Below, piece after piece: positions 35,616 through 49,268 of a stretch of DNA of 64,000 nt. The notes under the pieces were generated by a model. That model saw nothing but the letters and a program-made list of their open reading frames with translations. It was not told the DNA's origin and did no database searches. This stretch comes from Amphiscolops sp. MND2022. Lineage: Eukaryota. The translations under genes and the position numbers were made by a program. Each line of letters begins with the position of its first letter. Position 1 is the first letter of the stretch. The stretch lies in the NCBI GenBank assembly GCA_964187785.1, contig OZ076409.1, forward strand, positions 85,004,001 through 85,068,000, written 5' to 3'.

Positions 35616-36871
35616 CGGGTTTATGGTAAAACCCTGATATGATATTCGGAATCTTTGATCCAACTATGGACCCGACGAATCTGTGGGCTCGAATCTCGCA
35701 CTGGTTTATCTTTTTTTGTTAGCAAAGCGAGATGCGATTAAATGGTCCTCTTCCCAATTGTTTGTCACAAGGACTTTTTTGAGAAAACTATTCTGTTTCT
35801 CCCAAAATCTTGCCTGCTCTGTGGTACAAATTGAAACTACAGACGGAATAATCGTAAATGAACCAACGACTTTCTGGCAACTGGTTGCTTGCTTAAAAAA
35901 TTGAGTGGTAGCCAAAAATTAAAGCCTTTCAGATATGCGGCTTCAAAATTTTTTCGAAGTGTCTAAATATCTTTGAACGACAGGAAAATTGACCGAGCAC
36001 TAGCCAATTTGATCCAGTTTCATTATTACAAGCTATCAACTGAGCTCTAATTAGGCAATCAGCATGGAGGGGAATGGAGAATGTCTTGGAAGGAGGCCAA
36101 AATCGCATTCATTTCTATGTTCGTAAACGTATTTTTCAGAGAAAAAGTTCTGGATGAAAAGCTCTAATTGAACAGGTTTGAAAGTAAATGACTCTTGACG
36201 GAGCTCTTGAGTAAAAAAAGATGATTTCGCAAAGCAAACCAATGGATAGATCACATGCCACTATCACGGCTCATTGAAATAGAAAATTGAAACAAAACCG
36301 TTCAAAACTGGTTTATTCGAGGTAATCTTCAAAACCCAGTTTCAGTTAGGCTGAAATACGCTCTTTGAAGTTGTCCAAATAAAAGCATTTAGTTCTACAC
36401 TAATTCTCAAATAATTATTTCTCAAATAAAATCAAATCTCAGCAATCAGCTCCACTTGAATCAATCTAAAGGTTTTATTGACACCAGCACCAAAAGATGA
36501 TCAAAACATCACAGCAAATTTGTTTTGGAAACTTTGAAATTCATTCCCAAATTTCGACCACCATTTCTCGACAATGAAAGCAAAAAGCGGAAATTGGCTC
36601 CACTTTCGGAAAAAACTTCAAAAGCAGTAAATTAGACAACTCCGAGACCAATTCCATCTCTGGGAATTCTAAAAAAGTTTCTCCAAAGAAATGTGAAGTG
36701 CTCTAAAGTTCCTTTGGTCGCTGTGATGGGAACCGTCTTGGCATCATTGTTCAAAGGCATCGATAACAGTGCTATTATCATGTATCATGTTCAAGATGAG
36801 ACTTGAAACACGTTCGAATTTGGCATCTCAGATTACGACAACTTACTCGATAGGAATGATTTGATCCTATG

Positions 36872-37241
36872 GGGTACGAAAAACTCAACACAAAGTAAAA
36901 AAAAACAGAAAACAACACAAGAAAACTCAACACAGAAAACTCAACACACATTTAATTAATTTTAGTTCACATCTCAATTTCTTTCAAACGTTGTTTATAT
37001 TGGCCCAAACCATGAAACAAAACGATATAAAAAGTTTAAACACACAAATATTTTAGAAAAATTGTTTCAAATGCATAAATTATGAGCGGTACGAAAAAGG
37101 AATATAGATGTATAATATAAATCACGATTATTAAAAGCTTAAAATGTGTTGAGTTTTCGTGTGTCGAGTTTTCTTGTGTTGAGTTTTCTGTGTTGAGTTT
37201 TCTTGTGTTGAGGTTTCTTGTGTTTGAGTTTTCTGGTAATC
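36872..37241. mobile_element. Mutator-type MITE with gaaaactcaacaca subrepeats
   Basis: Inverted subrepeat arms; 9-bp TSD gatcctatg (36863-36871) / gatcctatc (37242-37250). Confidence 0.75.
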
Positions 37242-40200
37242 GATCCTATCCTAGCAAATCATTGGAACAAGGGTTCTCATGTCCTATAATTTCATTGTCG
37301 TTGAAAATTCGCAGTCTATGTGCACGCCTGAATGATACCTCTCAGAATTGCCTCTTGGTGAAATTTTCAAAAATTTACCATTAATTTTGTATTCATAAAA
37401 TTAACCAATCAAAGAAACTCAAAATTTTCAACGATAATTTCCTACAAATACGTTTTTAGTCGGCGCTTTTCTTAAGAAAAGAGCCCGACTATTACAGTCA
37501 CTCGTTTTTTTTATTTAAGACAGACTCGAAGCGACGAACGTTAACGAAAACCCCGGAAACGCATCCAAGTTATTCCAAAGGGTCCCCCCTTTGGTTTTTT
37601 ACTTTTTATTTACTTTTTCAAGGAAACCCACAAAACCGGACGTGCCTAAAGGGTCCCCCCTTTGGATTTTTTTCGGCACTGTGCGACTTTTTTTCGAAAC
37701 TTTTTTAATGTCCCCAAAGGGTCCCCTTTCGAGGTTTTTGATATTTTGCAACGGAATGAATGTTAATAAATCCAGAAGGGTCCCCCTTTTACATTTTTCG
37801 GCACTATGCGACTTTTTTTGAAAGAATTTTTTTTCAAAAATTTCAAGTTATTTTCCAAAAAATTGTTTTGCGCTTTTTGAGCCTTAGATATGGCGCCGAC
37901 CTTAGACGTTCTCGTCTTGTTTGTCAATACCAACCGAAGTTCCAAGTCGCACAGATCGAAGTAAATTCAGTTCTTTTTTGGAGATATGAGATATGTTGAC
38001 TTTAATTAGATCTAATAATAAAGAAAATCATTACACTTGCGATAAGCAAGTGTTATGGGAAAGTGCGGGTGCTTTTTTTTTCCGCGCGACAACTCTCTGA
38101 TTTCACGCGGCAACTCGCACGTTTCACGCGTTCGTGGTCTAGTGGTAAGATGCTTGCTTTTTAACCCAGAGGTTTCGTGTTCGAACCCGTGGGTATGCGC
38201 TAATTTTTTTACAAGTATTCCGAAGCAGAAGGTTCTGACTTTTTTCGGCACTATGAGACTTTTCGGCTTTGTGAGACTTTTTTTCGGCTTTGTGAGACTT
38301 TTTTTCGAAATTTTTAAAATGTCCCCAAAGAGTCCTCCTTTCATTTTTTTGATATTTTGCAAGAGAACGAATGTTAAAAAATCCCAAAGGGTCCCTTTTT
38401 CAGAATTTTCGGCAGTATGAGCGGTACGAAAAAGGAATATAGATGTATAATATAAATCACGATTATTAAAAGCTTAAAATGTGTTGAGTTTTCGTGTGTC
38501 GAGTTTTCTTGTGTTGAGTTTTCTGTGTTGAGTTTTCTTGTGTTGAGGTTTCTTGTGTTTGAGTTTTCTGGTAATCGATCCTATCCTAGCAAATCATTGG
38601 AACAAGGGTTCTCATGTCCTATAATTTCATTGTCGTTGAAAATTCGCAGTCTATGTGCACGCCTGAATGATACCTCTCAGAATTGCCTCTTGGTGAAATT
38701 TTCAAAACTTTGCCATTAATTTTGTATTCATAAAATTAACCAATCAAAGAAACTCAAAATTTTCAACGATAATTTCCTACAAATACGTTTTTAGTCGGCG
38801 CTTTTCTTAAGAAAAGAGCCCGACTATTACAGTCACTCGTTTTTTTTTATTTAAGACAGACTCGAAGCGACGAACGTTAACGTTCAGTATCTTCAACTAA
38901 ACGAAAACCCCGGAAACGCATCCAAGTTATTCCAAAGGGTCCCCCCTTTGGTTTTTTACTTTTTATTTACTTTTTCAAGGAAACCCACAAAACCGGACGT
39001 GCCTAAAGGGTCCCCCTTTGGATTTTTTTCGGCACTGTGCGACTTTTTTTCGAAACTTTTTTAATGTCCCCAAAGGGTCCCCTTTCGAGGTTTTTGATAT
39101 TTTGCAACGGAATGAATGTTAATAAATCCAGAAGGGTCCCCCTTTTACCTTTTTCGGCACTATGCGACTTTTTTTGAAAGAATTTTTTTTCAAAAATTTC
39201 AAGTTATTTTCCAAAAAATTGTTTTGCGCTTTTTGAGCCTTAGATATGGCGCCGACCTTAGACGTTCTCGTCTTGTTTGTCAATACCAACCGAAGTTCCA
39301 AGTCGCACAGATCGAAGTAAATTCAGTTCTTTTTTGGAGATATGAGATATGTTGACTTTAATTAGATCTAATAATAAAGAAAATCATTACACTTGCGATA
39401 AGCAAGTGTTATGGGAAAGTGCGGGTGCTTTTTTTTCCGCGCGACAACTCTCTGATTTCACGCGGCAACTCGCACGTTTCACGCGTTCGTGGTCTAGTGG
39501 TAAGATGCTTGCTTTTTAACCCAGAGGTTTCGTGTTCGAACCCATGGGTATGCGCTAATTTTTTTACAAGTATTCCGAAGCAGAAGGTTCTGACTTTTTT
39601 CGGCACTATGAGACTTTTCGGCTTTGTGAGACTTTTTTTCGGCTTTGTGAGACTTTTTTTCGAAATTTTTAAAATGTCCCCAAAGAGTCCTCCTTTCATT
39701 TTTTTGATATTTTGCAAGAGAACGAATGTTAAAAAATCCCAAAGGGCCCCTTTTTCAGAATTTTCGGCAGTATGAGCGGTACGAAAAAGGAATATAGATG
39801 TATAATATAAATCACGATTATTAAAAGCTTAAAATGTGTTGAGTTTTCGTGTGTCGAGTTTTCTTGTGTTGAGTTTTCTGTGTTGAGTTTTCTTGTGTTG
39901 AGGTTTCTTGTGTTTGAGTTTTCTGGTAATCGATCCTATCCTAGCAAATCATTGGAACAAGGGTTCTCATGTCCTATAATTTCATTGTCGTTGAAAATTC
40001 GCAGTCTATGTGCACGCCTGAATGATACCTCTCAGAATTGCCTCTTGGTGAAATTTTCAAAACTTTGCCATTAATTTTGTATTCATAAAATTAACCAATC
40101 AAAGAAACTCAAAATTTTCAACGATAATTTCCTACAAATACGTTTTTAGTCGGCGCTTTTCTTAAGAAAAGAGCCCGACTATTACAGTCACTCGTTTTTT

Positions 40201-41138
40201 TTTATTTAAGACAGACTCGAAGCGACGAACGTTAACGTTCAGTATCTTCAACTAAACGAAAACCCCGGAAACGCATCCAAGTTATTCCAAAGGGTCCCCC
40301 CTTTGGTTTTTTACTTTTTATTTACTTTTTCAAGGAAACCCACAAAACCGGACGTGCCTAAAGGGTCCCCCCTTTGGATTTTTTTTTCGGCACTGTGCGA
40401 CTTTTTTTCGAAACTTTTTTAATGTCCCCAAAGGGTCCCCCTTCGAGGTTTTTGATATTTTGCAACGGAATGAATGTTAATAAATCCAGAAGGGTCCCCC
40501 TTTTACATTTTTCGGCACTATGCGACTTTTTTTGAAAGAATTTTTTTTCAAAAATTTCAAGTTATTTTCCAAAAAATTGTCTTGCGCTTTTTGAGCCTTA
40601 GATATGGCGCCGACCTTAGACGTTCTCGTCTTGTTTGTCAATACCAACCGAAGTTCCAAGTCGCACAGATCGAAGTAAATTCTGTTCTTTTTTGGAGATA
40701 TGAGATATGTTGACTTTAATTAGATCTAATAATAAAGAAAATCATTACACTTGCGATAAGCAAGTGTTATGGGAAAGTGCGGGTGCTTTTTTTTTCCGCG
40801 CGACAACTCTCTGATTTCACGCGGCAACTCGCACGTTTCACGCGTTCGTGGTCTAGTGGTAAGATGCTTGCTTTTCAACCCAGAGGTTTCGTGTTCGAAC
40901 CCGTGGGTATGCGCTAATTTTTTTTACAAGTATTCCGAAGCAGAAGGTTCTGACTTTTTTCGGCACTATGAGACTTTTCGGCTTTGTGAGACTTTTTTCG
41001 GCTTTGTGAGACTTTTTTTTCGAAATTTTTTAAATGTCCCCAAAGAGTCCTCCTTTCATTTTTTTTGATATTTTGCAAGAGAACGAATGTTAAAAAATCC
41101 CAAAGGGTCCCTTTTTTCAGAATTTTCGGCAGTATGAG
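37081..41138 (+). repeat. Tandem triplication of a ~1.35-kb unit (37081-38415, 38416-39770, 39771-41132)
   Basis: Near-identical units joined at the 6-bp microhomology tatgag. Each unit comprises the right half of a MITE, a full DINE-like element and part of another. Confidence 0.95.
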
Positions 41139-41360
41139 ACTGTTCAAAATTCTATTTTTTTTAAAAATTTTTTAGACTCCTTATTTTTTTCAAAAATTTT
41201 TTAATGTCCCTAAAGCGTCCTCCTTTCAATTTTTTGATATCTTGCAACAGAACGAATGTTATAAAATCCTAAATAGTCCCTTTTTCACATTTTTCGGCAG
41301 TATGCGACTTAGCGGAAACTTCAAAAAAATTCGAAAAAATTCGGAAAATTATTTCTCAAT

Positions 41361-41946
41361 TTTTAGTCGGCGCATTTTAGAAGAAAATGAGCCCGACTAT
41401 TAGAGTGGCAAGTTTTTTTTTTTTCGTCAGACCACAGAATGTATGCGTAGTGGACACTTTTTACAGAACTACTAAAAGTACTGCACCGGCAAGCGGAATC
41501 ATATCTGAGTTACTGCAAAGGGTCCCCCCTTTCGTGTACTCAATTTTTAACGTAAGATACAAAACCGGACGGAACTACAGGGTCCCCCCTTTGAATTTTT
41601 TTCGGCACTGTGCGACTTTTTTTTCGAATTTTCTTTTGTCGCCAAACGGTCCCCCTTCAAGTTTTTTGATATTTTGCAGCAAACTGAAGTTTCAAAAAGC
41701 CCAAATGGTCCCCCCTCTCTAGTTTTCGGCACTGTGAGACTTTCAAAATTCTCATTTTTCGTTTTTTCGAAAGTTTTTTCAAAAAAAATCCGAATTTTTT
41801 TATTGTCTGCTTCAATTTTTTTTTGATATTTTGCAACATACTGGATTTTCAAAACGCTGAAAGGGTCCCCCCTTTTACAAGTTTAAAAACTTAGCGCTGT
41901 TTTGAGCCTTAGATATAGCGCCGACTTTAGACGTTCCCGTCTTGTT
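41361..41946 (-). mobile_element. DINE-1/Helentron-like element nested in a related element (which continues to ~42360)
   Basis: ttttagtcggcgcatttt-agaag-aaaatgagcccgacta at one end; gcgccgactttagacgttcccgtcttgtt at the other. Confidence 0.65.
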
Positions 41947-42383
41947 AGTTTTAAAAGACCGTTTTTTCAAAGACCGTTTTTTTCTATGCGACTTTTTTAA
42001 AATTTGTTTTCACCGAAGCCCCTGCTCAATTTTTACAAGAAACGAAACGTTTTGCGAGAGGACTCCTCAAGGCTTTGCGACTTACCGGAGACCATCAAAA
42101 ATGTTTTCGAAAAATTTTGAATTTTTTTTTCTATTTTCTGTTTAAGGTTTTCCGTTGAGAAAGAATGATTTTTTTTGCTGTTTTCAGTTGGGGAAGAATG
42201 GTTTGCGAGGCTTACGCGTATCCCTTCGGGTATTTTTTGGCGCTGTAAAATTGATGAAATTTTAATCTCCTTTTACCCTTGGTTTTCCGTATGATATTGC
42301 TTATTTGGTTTTCTTCAAAAGTTCGCAAGTGTTTGCGAAGCACGGCTTCGCCTCTGTGTTAAAATTGCAGTCATAAGCTTGAC

Positions 42384-43084
42384 TGTTTAGTATCATTTGA
42401 CGTTCCTTTTACCCCAAATTCATTTCACCCCACGTTCATTTCACCCCCACATTCAAATTATCAAATGCGTCTAAGATTAACGACTATTGACACACAATTT
42501 CAATTTTAGTGCTAATATAGAAAAGCGTGCCGAATCTAATTATCAATAGATAAGCAAACGATGCTTGCTATGTGAACCACAAAAGCGGGAACGAAGAGTT
42601 TCGCTTATCAAAATTGTAATACTTCTGAACAAGGTGCTGGAATTTTTTTCTTGTCAATCAAAATCTTCAATTATGGATGCTGCGAATCTTCAGCAAAAAA
42701 TTTCCTATTCCGTTTTCCTACAGCAAAAAATTTCCTACAGGCCAGAAACTGACAATCAAATCAAAGCTAACTCAAAGACAGTATACATCAAAGTTCAATT
42801 GCTAATTGGTTAATTGAGGTGAGACGCTTTTGCATAAGTACAATATGGTGTGAAATGAACGTGGGGTGAAATGGATGTGGGATGAAATGAATGTTAGCTG
42901 AAATGAATGTGGGGTGAAATGATATGGGGTGAAATGATATGGGGTGAAATGAAATGGGGTGAATTGAAATGGGGTGAAATGAAATGTGGTGAAATGATAT
43001 GGAGTGAAATGAAATGTGGTGAAATGATTTTGGGGTGAAACGATTTTGGGGTGAAACGATTTTGGGGTGGAATGAACTCACATC
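42384..43084. mobile_element. Mutator/foldback-type MITE with catttcacccca subrepeats
   Basis: Inverted subrepeat arms; degenerate 9-bp TSD aagcttgac / aagcctggc; homologous to 54250-55980. Confidence 0.75.
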
Positions 43085-45067
43085 AAGCCTGGCACTTGCT
43101 CTTGATGTTTTTTGCGAACTGCCCATCCCCATGAGAGATGGCGTTTCAGCAACGTTCGACAGCAAAGTCGATTTCGGTTAGATCTTCGAAACCGCATTGT
43201 ATCTGCCAGGGTGCTGTCGGGTATCAAACACTGTGTGTCATCAAAAACTGTGCACAAGCCGGAGCCTCGCTTGAGGATCAAAAGAGCGCAAACGATTGAG
43301 CAGCTTGGAAAAACTCTAAAATCTCACTGCAGAAAAATTTCGAAGGGAGGACCCTTGGGCTCAGAAAGTCTTTTTACAACTGAACCCATCAAGAAAACCT
43401 AAGTCAGAACACTTTCACAAAACGTATTTTTTGTAACAGTAAGATCCAAAAACTAAAATGTTTTTTTTTTGTGAGAAAAACCGTGCCCGAAAAATCTATA
43501 CAAAATTATGAATAGGAAGGTCAAAAAAGGGGAACTCATCAAACCATTTATGTTCTTTTCAACACTCTGGCTTATAGCTGAACTTCTCTTTTTGGCGACC
43601 TTAGCTGGAACAGAAAACAGAAAACTGGACAGAAAGTCGGGTACAAGACATTATTCATGAGAAACAGTTCTCAGAAAATGTAATATCAGAAGTTTATATC
43701 AGAAAGTTCGAAGTAATCGAAAATACTGGTCATACAAAGAAGGGACAGACTTTTCTGATGTGTTGTCCTCTAGGTACACGAGCTGAACGAAAATAACAAA
43801 AAGACACCAGAGTGTTTGACTGACAAAAAATACTCACTGCGTTGGTCTACTTTTTTCCCAAAGCGCCCGGGTTAAAAGCTACAGTTTCATTGTTTCTTTG
43901 TTCAAAAAGACAACAGAGGGCATATTCCAAAGTGGTGGGTCTCAGTTTGTTTCCTAAAACTTTGTCCACTCAATTTTTTTCCGTATACACAATTCTCTGC
44001 AGCTCATCATATGTAGATTGGTTCGAGTGAATCAAGGTTGATTCTTTCATCCATTGACATGGCCGCCCACTATTTTGTCATTGTTTTTTTTTCTTCCGCG
44101 CCCATATTCCATATGAAAAAGGAATATCAATTTCTCAATCGCGTTTTTTTTCAAAAGTTTGGCCGTCTTCCAGTTTTATACTCAAACGTTAGAGGTTCTT
44201 CCACAAAAATTAAAGTTAGTAACATTAGTATTTGTGGACATATTTGAACTATTTCAAAAAAGTCCATAGAATGCGCCCCACAATGTCTCAAAGGGTAAAC
44301 AAAAGTTTAAAAGATTTTCAGTTTTTGAACGCTACAAGGAGGTTTTGCTGATTTTAAAAATGTTTTCATGGATATGTTAACAAAGTTTTAATATAAAAAT
44401 AGCCTAAAATGAACCAAAAAAATCAAAATTTATTGGAGGCTCAAATATTGTTGCCAGAATAGTTTGGGCTGAAATTTTGATTTCCATTCTATCTGAGTTT
44501 CGGCTTGTTTTACCTTCAAATTATCTGCAAACAAGAAACAGGGCAATCTTGAGGCGCGAGGTCTTATTGCGAACGGGCACGATCTTTTTCTATCTTGGCA
44601 TCTCACACATTCATTTTTAACTGAAAAGTTCGAACATTTCAGATTGCAAATGAGTTGTTTGCTGAAGAAAATTATAAGTTGAGTTTTGGCTCGATTAACA
44701 AAAAATTTTGATGTTTGAGAAATTTTGAAAGATAATATACTTTTTTGAGCGAAACACGTTCGCTTTTTCACAGATAATATAAGAGTGGATAAACGAATCA
44801 AAACTTCGAATCGGAGAAACTTTAAGTTCGCTTTTGGCTATATGCTGGAGGCTGTTTCCGAAAAGTTTATGATTGTGGCAAGGATAAAAGTCTGTTATTT
44901 TTTGCCACTTTTGAAGCTGCTTTCATCTGATTTTGCCTCAAGCCTCGTTCTAAATTGAAAACCTATTCTCAATAAGTTTCGAATTAATTCACAATGAGAA
45001 AATCAAACTGAGAGCTTGATCAAATCATAATTAGTGTAAAAGTCTAAAGTTTGGGTTGAATGAAAAT

Positions 45068-46198
45068 TTAAAAGCATTTTCGGTGGACAATTGAGGGTCC
45101 AGATTCGTCATACTCGCTCTTGCTGATCCACATTGCCTGGAAAGTGGTCAAAGATGCCAGGATTGATCCACCAATCCAGACAGAGTATTTCCTCTCTGGG
45201 GGAGCAATGATTTTGACCTTCATTGACTGAGGGGCCAAAGCGGTGATTTCCTTCTGCATTCGGTCGGCAATGCCAGGGTACATAGTGGTACCTCCGGACA
45301 TGACGGTGCTGCCGTAGAGATCCTTTCGGATATCAATGTCGCATTTCATGATAGACTGGTAGGTGTTCTCGTGGATTCCGGCCAACTCGGATCCCAAGAA
45401 AGATGGCTGGAACAAAGCCTCGGGGGCTCGGAATCGTTCGTTGCCAATGGTCAGGATGGTTCCGTCGGGCATTTCGTAGGACTTCTCCAAGCTGGAGCTG
45501 GCAGCGGCAGTGGCCATTTCTTGGTCGTAGTCCAAGGCAACGTAGCACATCTTTTCCTTGACATCTCTCACGATTTCCCTCTCGGCAGTAGAGTTGAAAG
45601 AGTAGCCTCTCTCGGTCAAGATCCTCATGAGGTAGTCTGTGATGTCTCGGCCGGCGATGTCCATTCGGGCAATTGCGTGGGGCAAGGAGTAGCCTTCGTA
45701 GATGGGCACGACGTGGGACACACCATCTCCGGAGTCAAAGACGACACCAGTGGTTCGTCCAGAGGAGTACAGAGACAGGACAGCCTGGATCTGCACGTAC
45801 ATGGCGGGACAGTTGAAGGTCTCGAACATGATCTGAGTCATCTTCTCCCTGTTAGCCTTAGGGTTCAAAGGGGCCTCAGTCAGCAACACGGGGTGCTCCT
45901 CAGGGGCCACTCGGAGCTCATTGTAAAAAGTGTGATGCCAGATCTTCTCCATGTCGTCCCAGTTGGTCACAATTCCGTGCTCAATAGGGTACTTCAGAGT
46001 CAAGATTCCTCTCTTGGCTTGTGCCTCGTCCCCGACGTAGCTGGTCTTCTGACCCATGCCCACCATGACACCTACGTGTCGGGGTCGCCCCACAATTGAG
46101 GGGAACACGGCTCTGGGGGCATCGTCTCCACCGAATCCGGCTTTGCACATTCCGGATCCGTTGTCGACAACAAGTGCGGCAATTCCATCATCATCCAT
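45068..46198 (-). CDS. ACT: Actin (divergent, cytoplasmic-type N-terminus), intronless CDS, 376 aa
   Basis: Full-length actin: [56 protein letters not shown]. Intact ORF with GC-rich third codon positions. Confidence 0.98.
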
Positions 46199-48193
46199 GG
46201 TTGCAGTTGAGAGTGAGAAGAAGTCTGACTTGAAGAAAAAACGAACGACTGGCTAGAAAGCGAGATTTTGCAGATGTGAAGCAAAAATTGTTGGTACAAA
46301 CTTCGAGTCTTTCGGGCAAATATTACTAACCTCAGGTTCATTGAATTTGCCAAAATTCGATGAATTAGTTGCAAGAGGGATACCTTATATGGTAACATGT
46401 CCATTTTGTTTTCAGATCAGCATTAATTGTTTTGATTTGTGTTGGCTTACTCTATACGCCCAATCTCCAAAAGGTATGCTTGGGATCAAAAGATGCAAAC
46501 TATATTCGTTTTGTATTCTACTTATTGTTGTTCCATCCTCTTCTAATGCAAATGTGTACCTTCAACTGTTTACAAGTTGAATTGTTGTTGAAACGTTCAA
46601 TGTTTTGACTGAAAACTAAATGTTCATGATGAGTTCATGTGGAAGAACGCAGAAAACAGTAATTGAAATAAGAATTCAATTTTGAAATCTTTAAATATCT
46701 CACCTTGTCAGATTTTTCCAAGCTGCAGTGAAGTTTATCAAGATTTTTCTATGCATGCATCCTGAAGTTTCCATGCATGCTTCTATGCATCATGTGAAAA
46801 GTTCTATTTATCCCAATGAAAATGTTTGTGGCGTTTAAAGACACACTATAGAGAAAACTCAGCAAACAGAACTTTCAACCCATTTTTAATTCTTGATAAT
46901 CAAAAATTTCTCATTCGTTATTGTTGAATGTTCAATTTCGAATAGTCATGGCTTGGGCAAAATTACTTTCGGAATTTATTGAAATGTATTGAGTAATGGG
47001 AGGCCCGGGCAATTATCTATACATGGAAACAGTCATAACTTATTTTATCCATCCTTTCAATCAATTTTTGATCATCTTCAAAGACACATTCTTACTAAAT
47101 TATCTTTTTTACAACAACAGTGATACGTCCAGTGAAATAGGAGGTCATTTGTAACGCGATTTAATGAAACGGGAGAGATTGGTGACGTTGTCAATTATGA
47201 TAACAATTTGCAAATCATTGATTAAAATTTGAACTTATTTTAGTGAAAAGCTTATTTCGAACAGATCTCTCTCAAAATTTAGAAAGAAATGAGTTTAAGC
47301 TCTCAATCTTATCATCTAATTATCTATATTTATATATTATAATTATTGGTCCCTATCTGGAAACGATCTCAGCTCCCACAAGCGCATGGAATAATAACGC
47401 TCTTTTTTTTTGAAAAAAATTCTGCTTAAGCAGGCTTCACACTCTTTTTTGTAGAACTTGGTAGAACTTCGAGAAAATTTTAGCCACTTCGAGAAAATTG
47501 ATAATAAGTCGCCCGCTGAGCAGCAGCTTATTTTCCGTCCAGAAAACTTCAATCACATGGTAAACTTAAAGTTCCCGCGTAGCCAGTCATCTACTTACTT
47601 GCGTAATATATCCATCGAAAAAATGAAACTTTGACATTTGGATTCATCACTACTAGAAATCACAAATTATCTGGAAAAAGTAAACCTGTTGCATGAGAGT
47701 CGAAAGTTTAAAAGAAATTGAGATTTTTTTCCTCAGTTCCGAGAGATGGACGAATGAGCTCAAGTCGTTCAACAGCCGAGTGGTGAAGTCATAGTGGTCA
47801 TAGTGGACTACTCTTTATTGCTCATTTTTTTTCGTCCAACGGATTCTTTCATCACGATCATGCCACTAAGATACCGTGTTAGGACTTCCTTAAGGCCCAC
47901 CAATGCGACAACAAAAAGATTCGAACCTGGTACAGAATTATTACTTGTCTAAGTCTCAAAAAATTACGCCAAGATCGCAAAAGTTGACCCATTGACGCCA
48001 TTTAGTTCATTCCTCGCCTTTTTCGAAAGGAAAACACAATGAAACATATACTGATCAGCCTAAGGGTAAAATTTTCATTCAACTATGTAGAGAAATAAAA
48101 ATATAAAGATTTCAAGTTGCAAGAACGATCGGTTTTCGAAGTTTTGGTTACCTTATTTTTTATTGAGGCTATTACAGGCCATTTTTCTTCACA

Positions 48194-48749
48194 AACAAGA
48201 CGGGAACGTCTCAAGTTGGCGCCATATCTAAGGCTCAAAAAGCTTTTAAAATTGTGAAAAGGGGGCCCTTTGAGCTTTTTGAAAGTCCAGTTTGTTGCAA
48301 AATATCAAAAATAAATTGAGAGGGGAACCCATTGGAGACTATTAAAAAATTTTCGAAAAAAAACGAAAGATGAGAATTTTGAAAGTCTCATTGTGCCCAA
48401 AAATTCAAAAGGGGACCCTTTGGGCTTTTTGAAACTTCAGTTCGCTGGAAAATATCCAAAAAATTGAAGGGGGACCCTTTGGAGGCAAAACGAAATTCGG
48501 AAAAAAAGTCGCACAGTGCCGAAAAAATTCAAAGGGACGCTATAGTCCCGTCCGGTTTGCATCTACGTTAAAATTTTAGTACACAAAAGGGGGGACCCTT
48601 TGCACTACCTTAAATGCGTTTCCGCTTGCCGGTCCAGCAGCAGGTTCTGTAGAAAAAGTGTCCACCACGCATACATTCTGTTGTCTGACGAAAAATAGTA
48701 ACTGCAATAGTCGGGATTTTTTCCTTCAAAGGAAAAGGCGCCGACTAAA
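48194..48749 (+). mobile_element. DINE-1/Helentron-like element
   Basis: AACAAGACGGGAACGTCTCAAGTTGGCGCCATATCTAAGGCTC ... tagtcgggattttttcctt-ca-aaggaaaaggcgccgactaaa; reverse-complement relative of 41361-41946. Confidence 0.65.
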
Positions 48750-49268
48750 TACCATGTCTGTCCTGTAAGATGTTTGTCTAACATTTTTGGAAGTTCATAA
48801 CTCTGAAAACATCCGAAGTTGCAAAATCGTAGAATAGTGACAATAACAGTCAAAAATTGATTTTTTGGGCATTTTGTGCCCCTTTTTGGAGTAGTTTTTG
48901 AGTACAAAAATTGTATCATTCTGTATCAGTAGAAACGCTAAAGAGTATTTAATATGTTTTCGGACTCTGTGTTCTATAAATATCATCACAACATCTCTTT
49001 AAAAAACAATTTCGACTCTTTTTGGTTTTAATCAAACTTTTTCTCTAAAGTGTTCATCGACGAGTTGTTTCGATGATAGGGAAAGTGCTTAACACGATTC
49101 GTGTCAGAAAGAAGTGCCATTTTTGGAATTATTTGAGACACCTTTTGGAGAAGACTTCACGTTCAACTTCCGAGAGGCATATTGGATAGCTAATTGGTCC
49201 GTCGTTAATCTTTTTTGCATTTTTAAACCGTTCGAAATGTTTGAATTTCACATAAAATGGTCTTAATA

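Noticed and set aside
37190..41150. Repeated 60-120-aa ORFs in the triplication
   Set aside because: F/K-rich translations of homopolymer-rich repeats; frames differ between near-identical units.
42788..43165. ORF with ISFHP repeats
   Set aside because: Translation of the MITE's catttcacccca subrepeats.
43090..43310. GC-richer island with overlapping short ORFs
   Set aside because: No recognisable motif or splice-site pair; left unannotated.
45371..46099. 242-aa plus-strand ORF
   Set aside because: Antisense shadow of the codon-biased actin gene; no independent features.
45068..46198. Actin as horizontally transferred or contaminant sequence
   Set aside because: Animal-type [16 protein letters not shown] start and seamless embedding among the window's repeat families; a phylogeny would be needed to reopen this.
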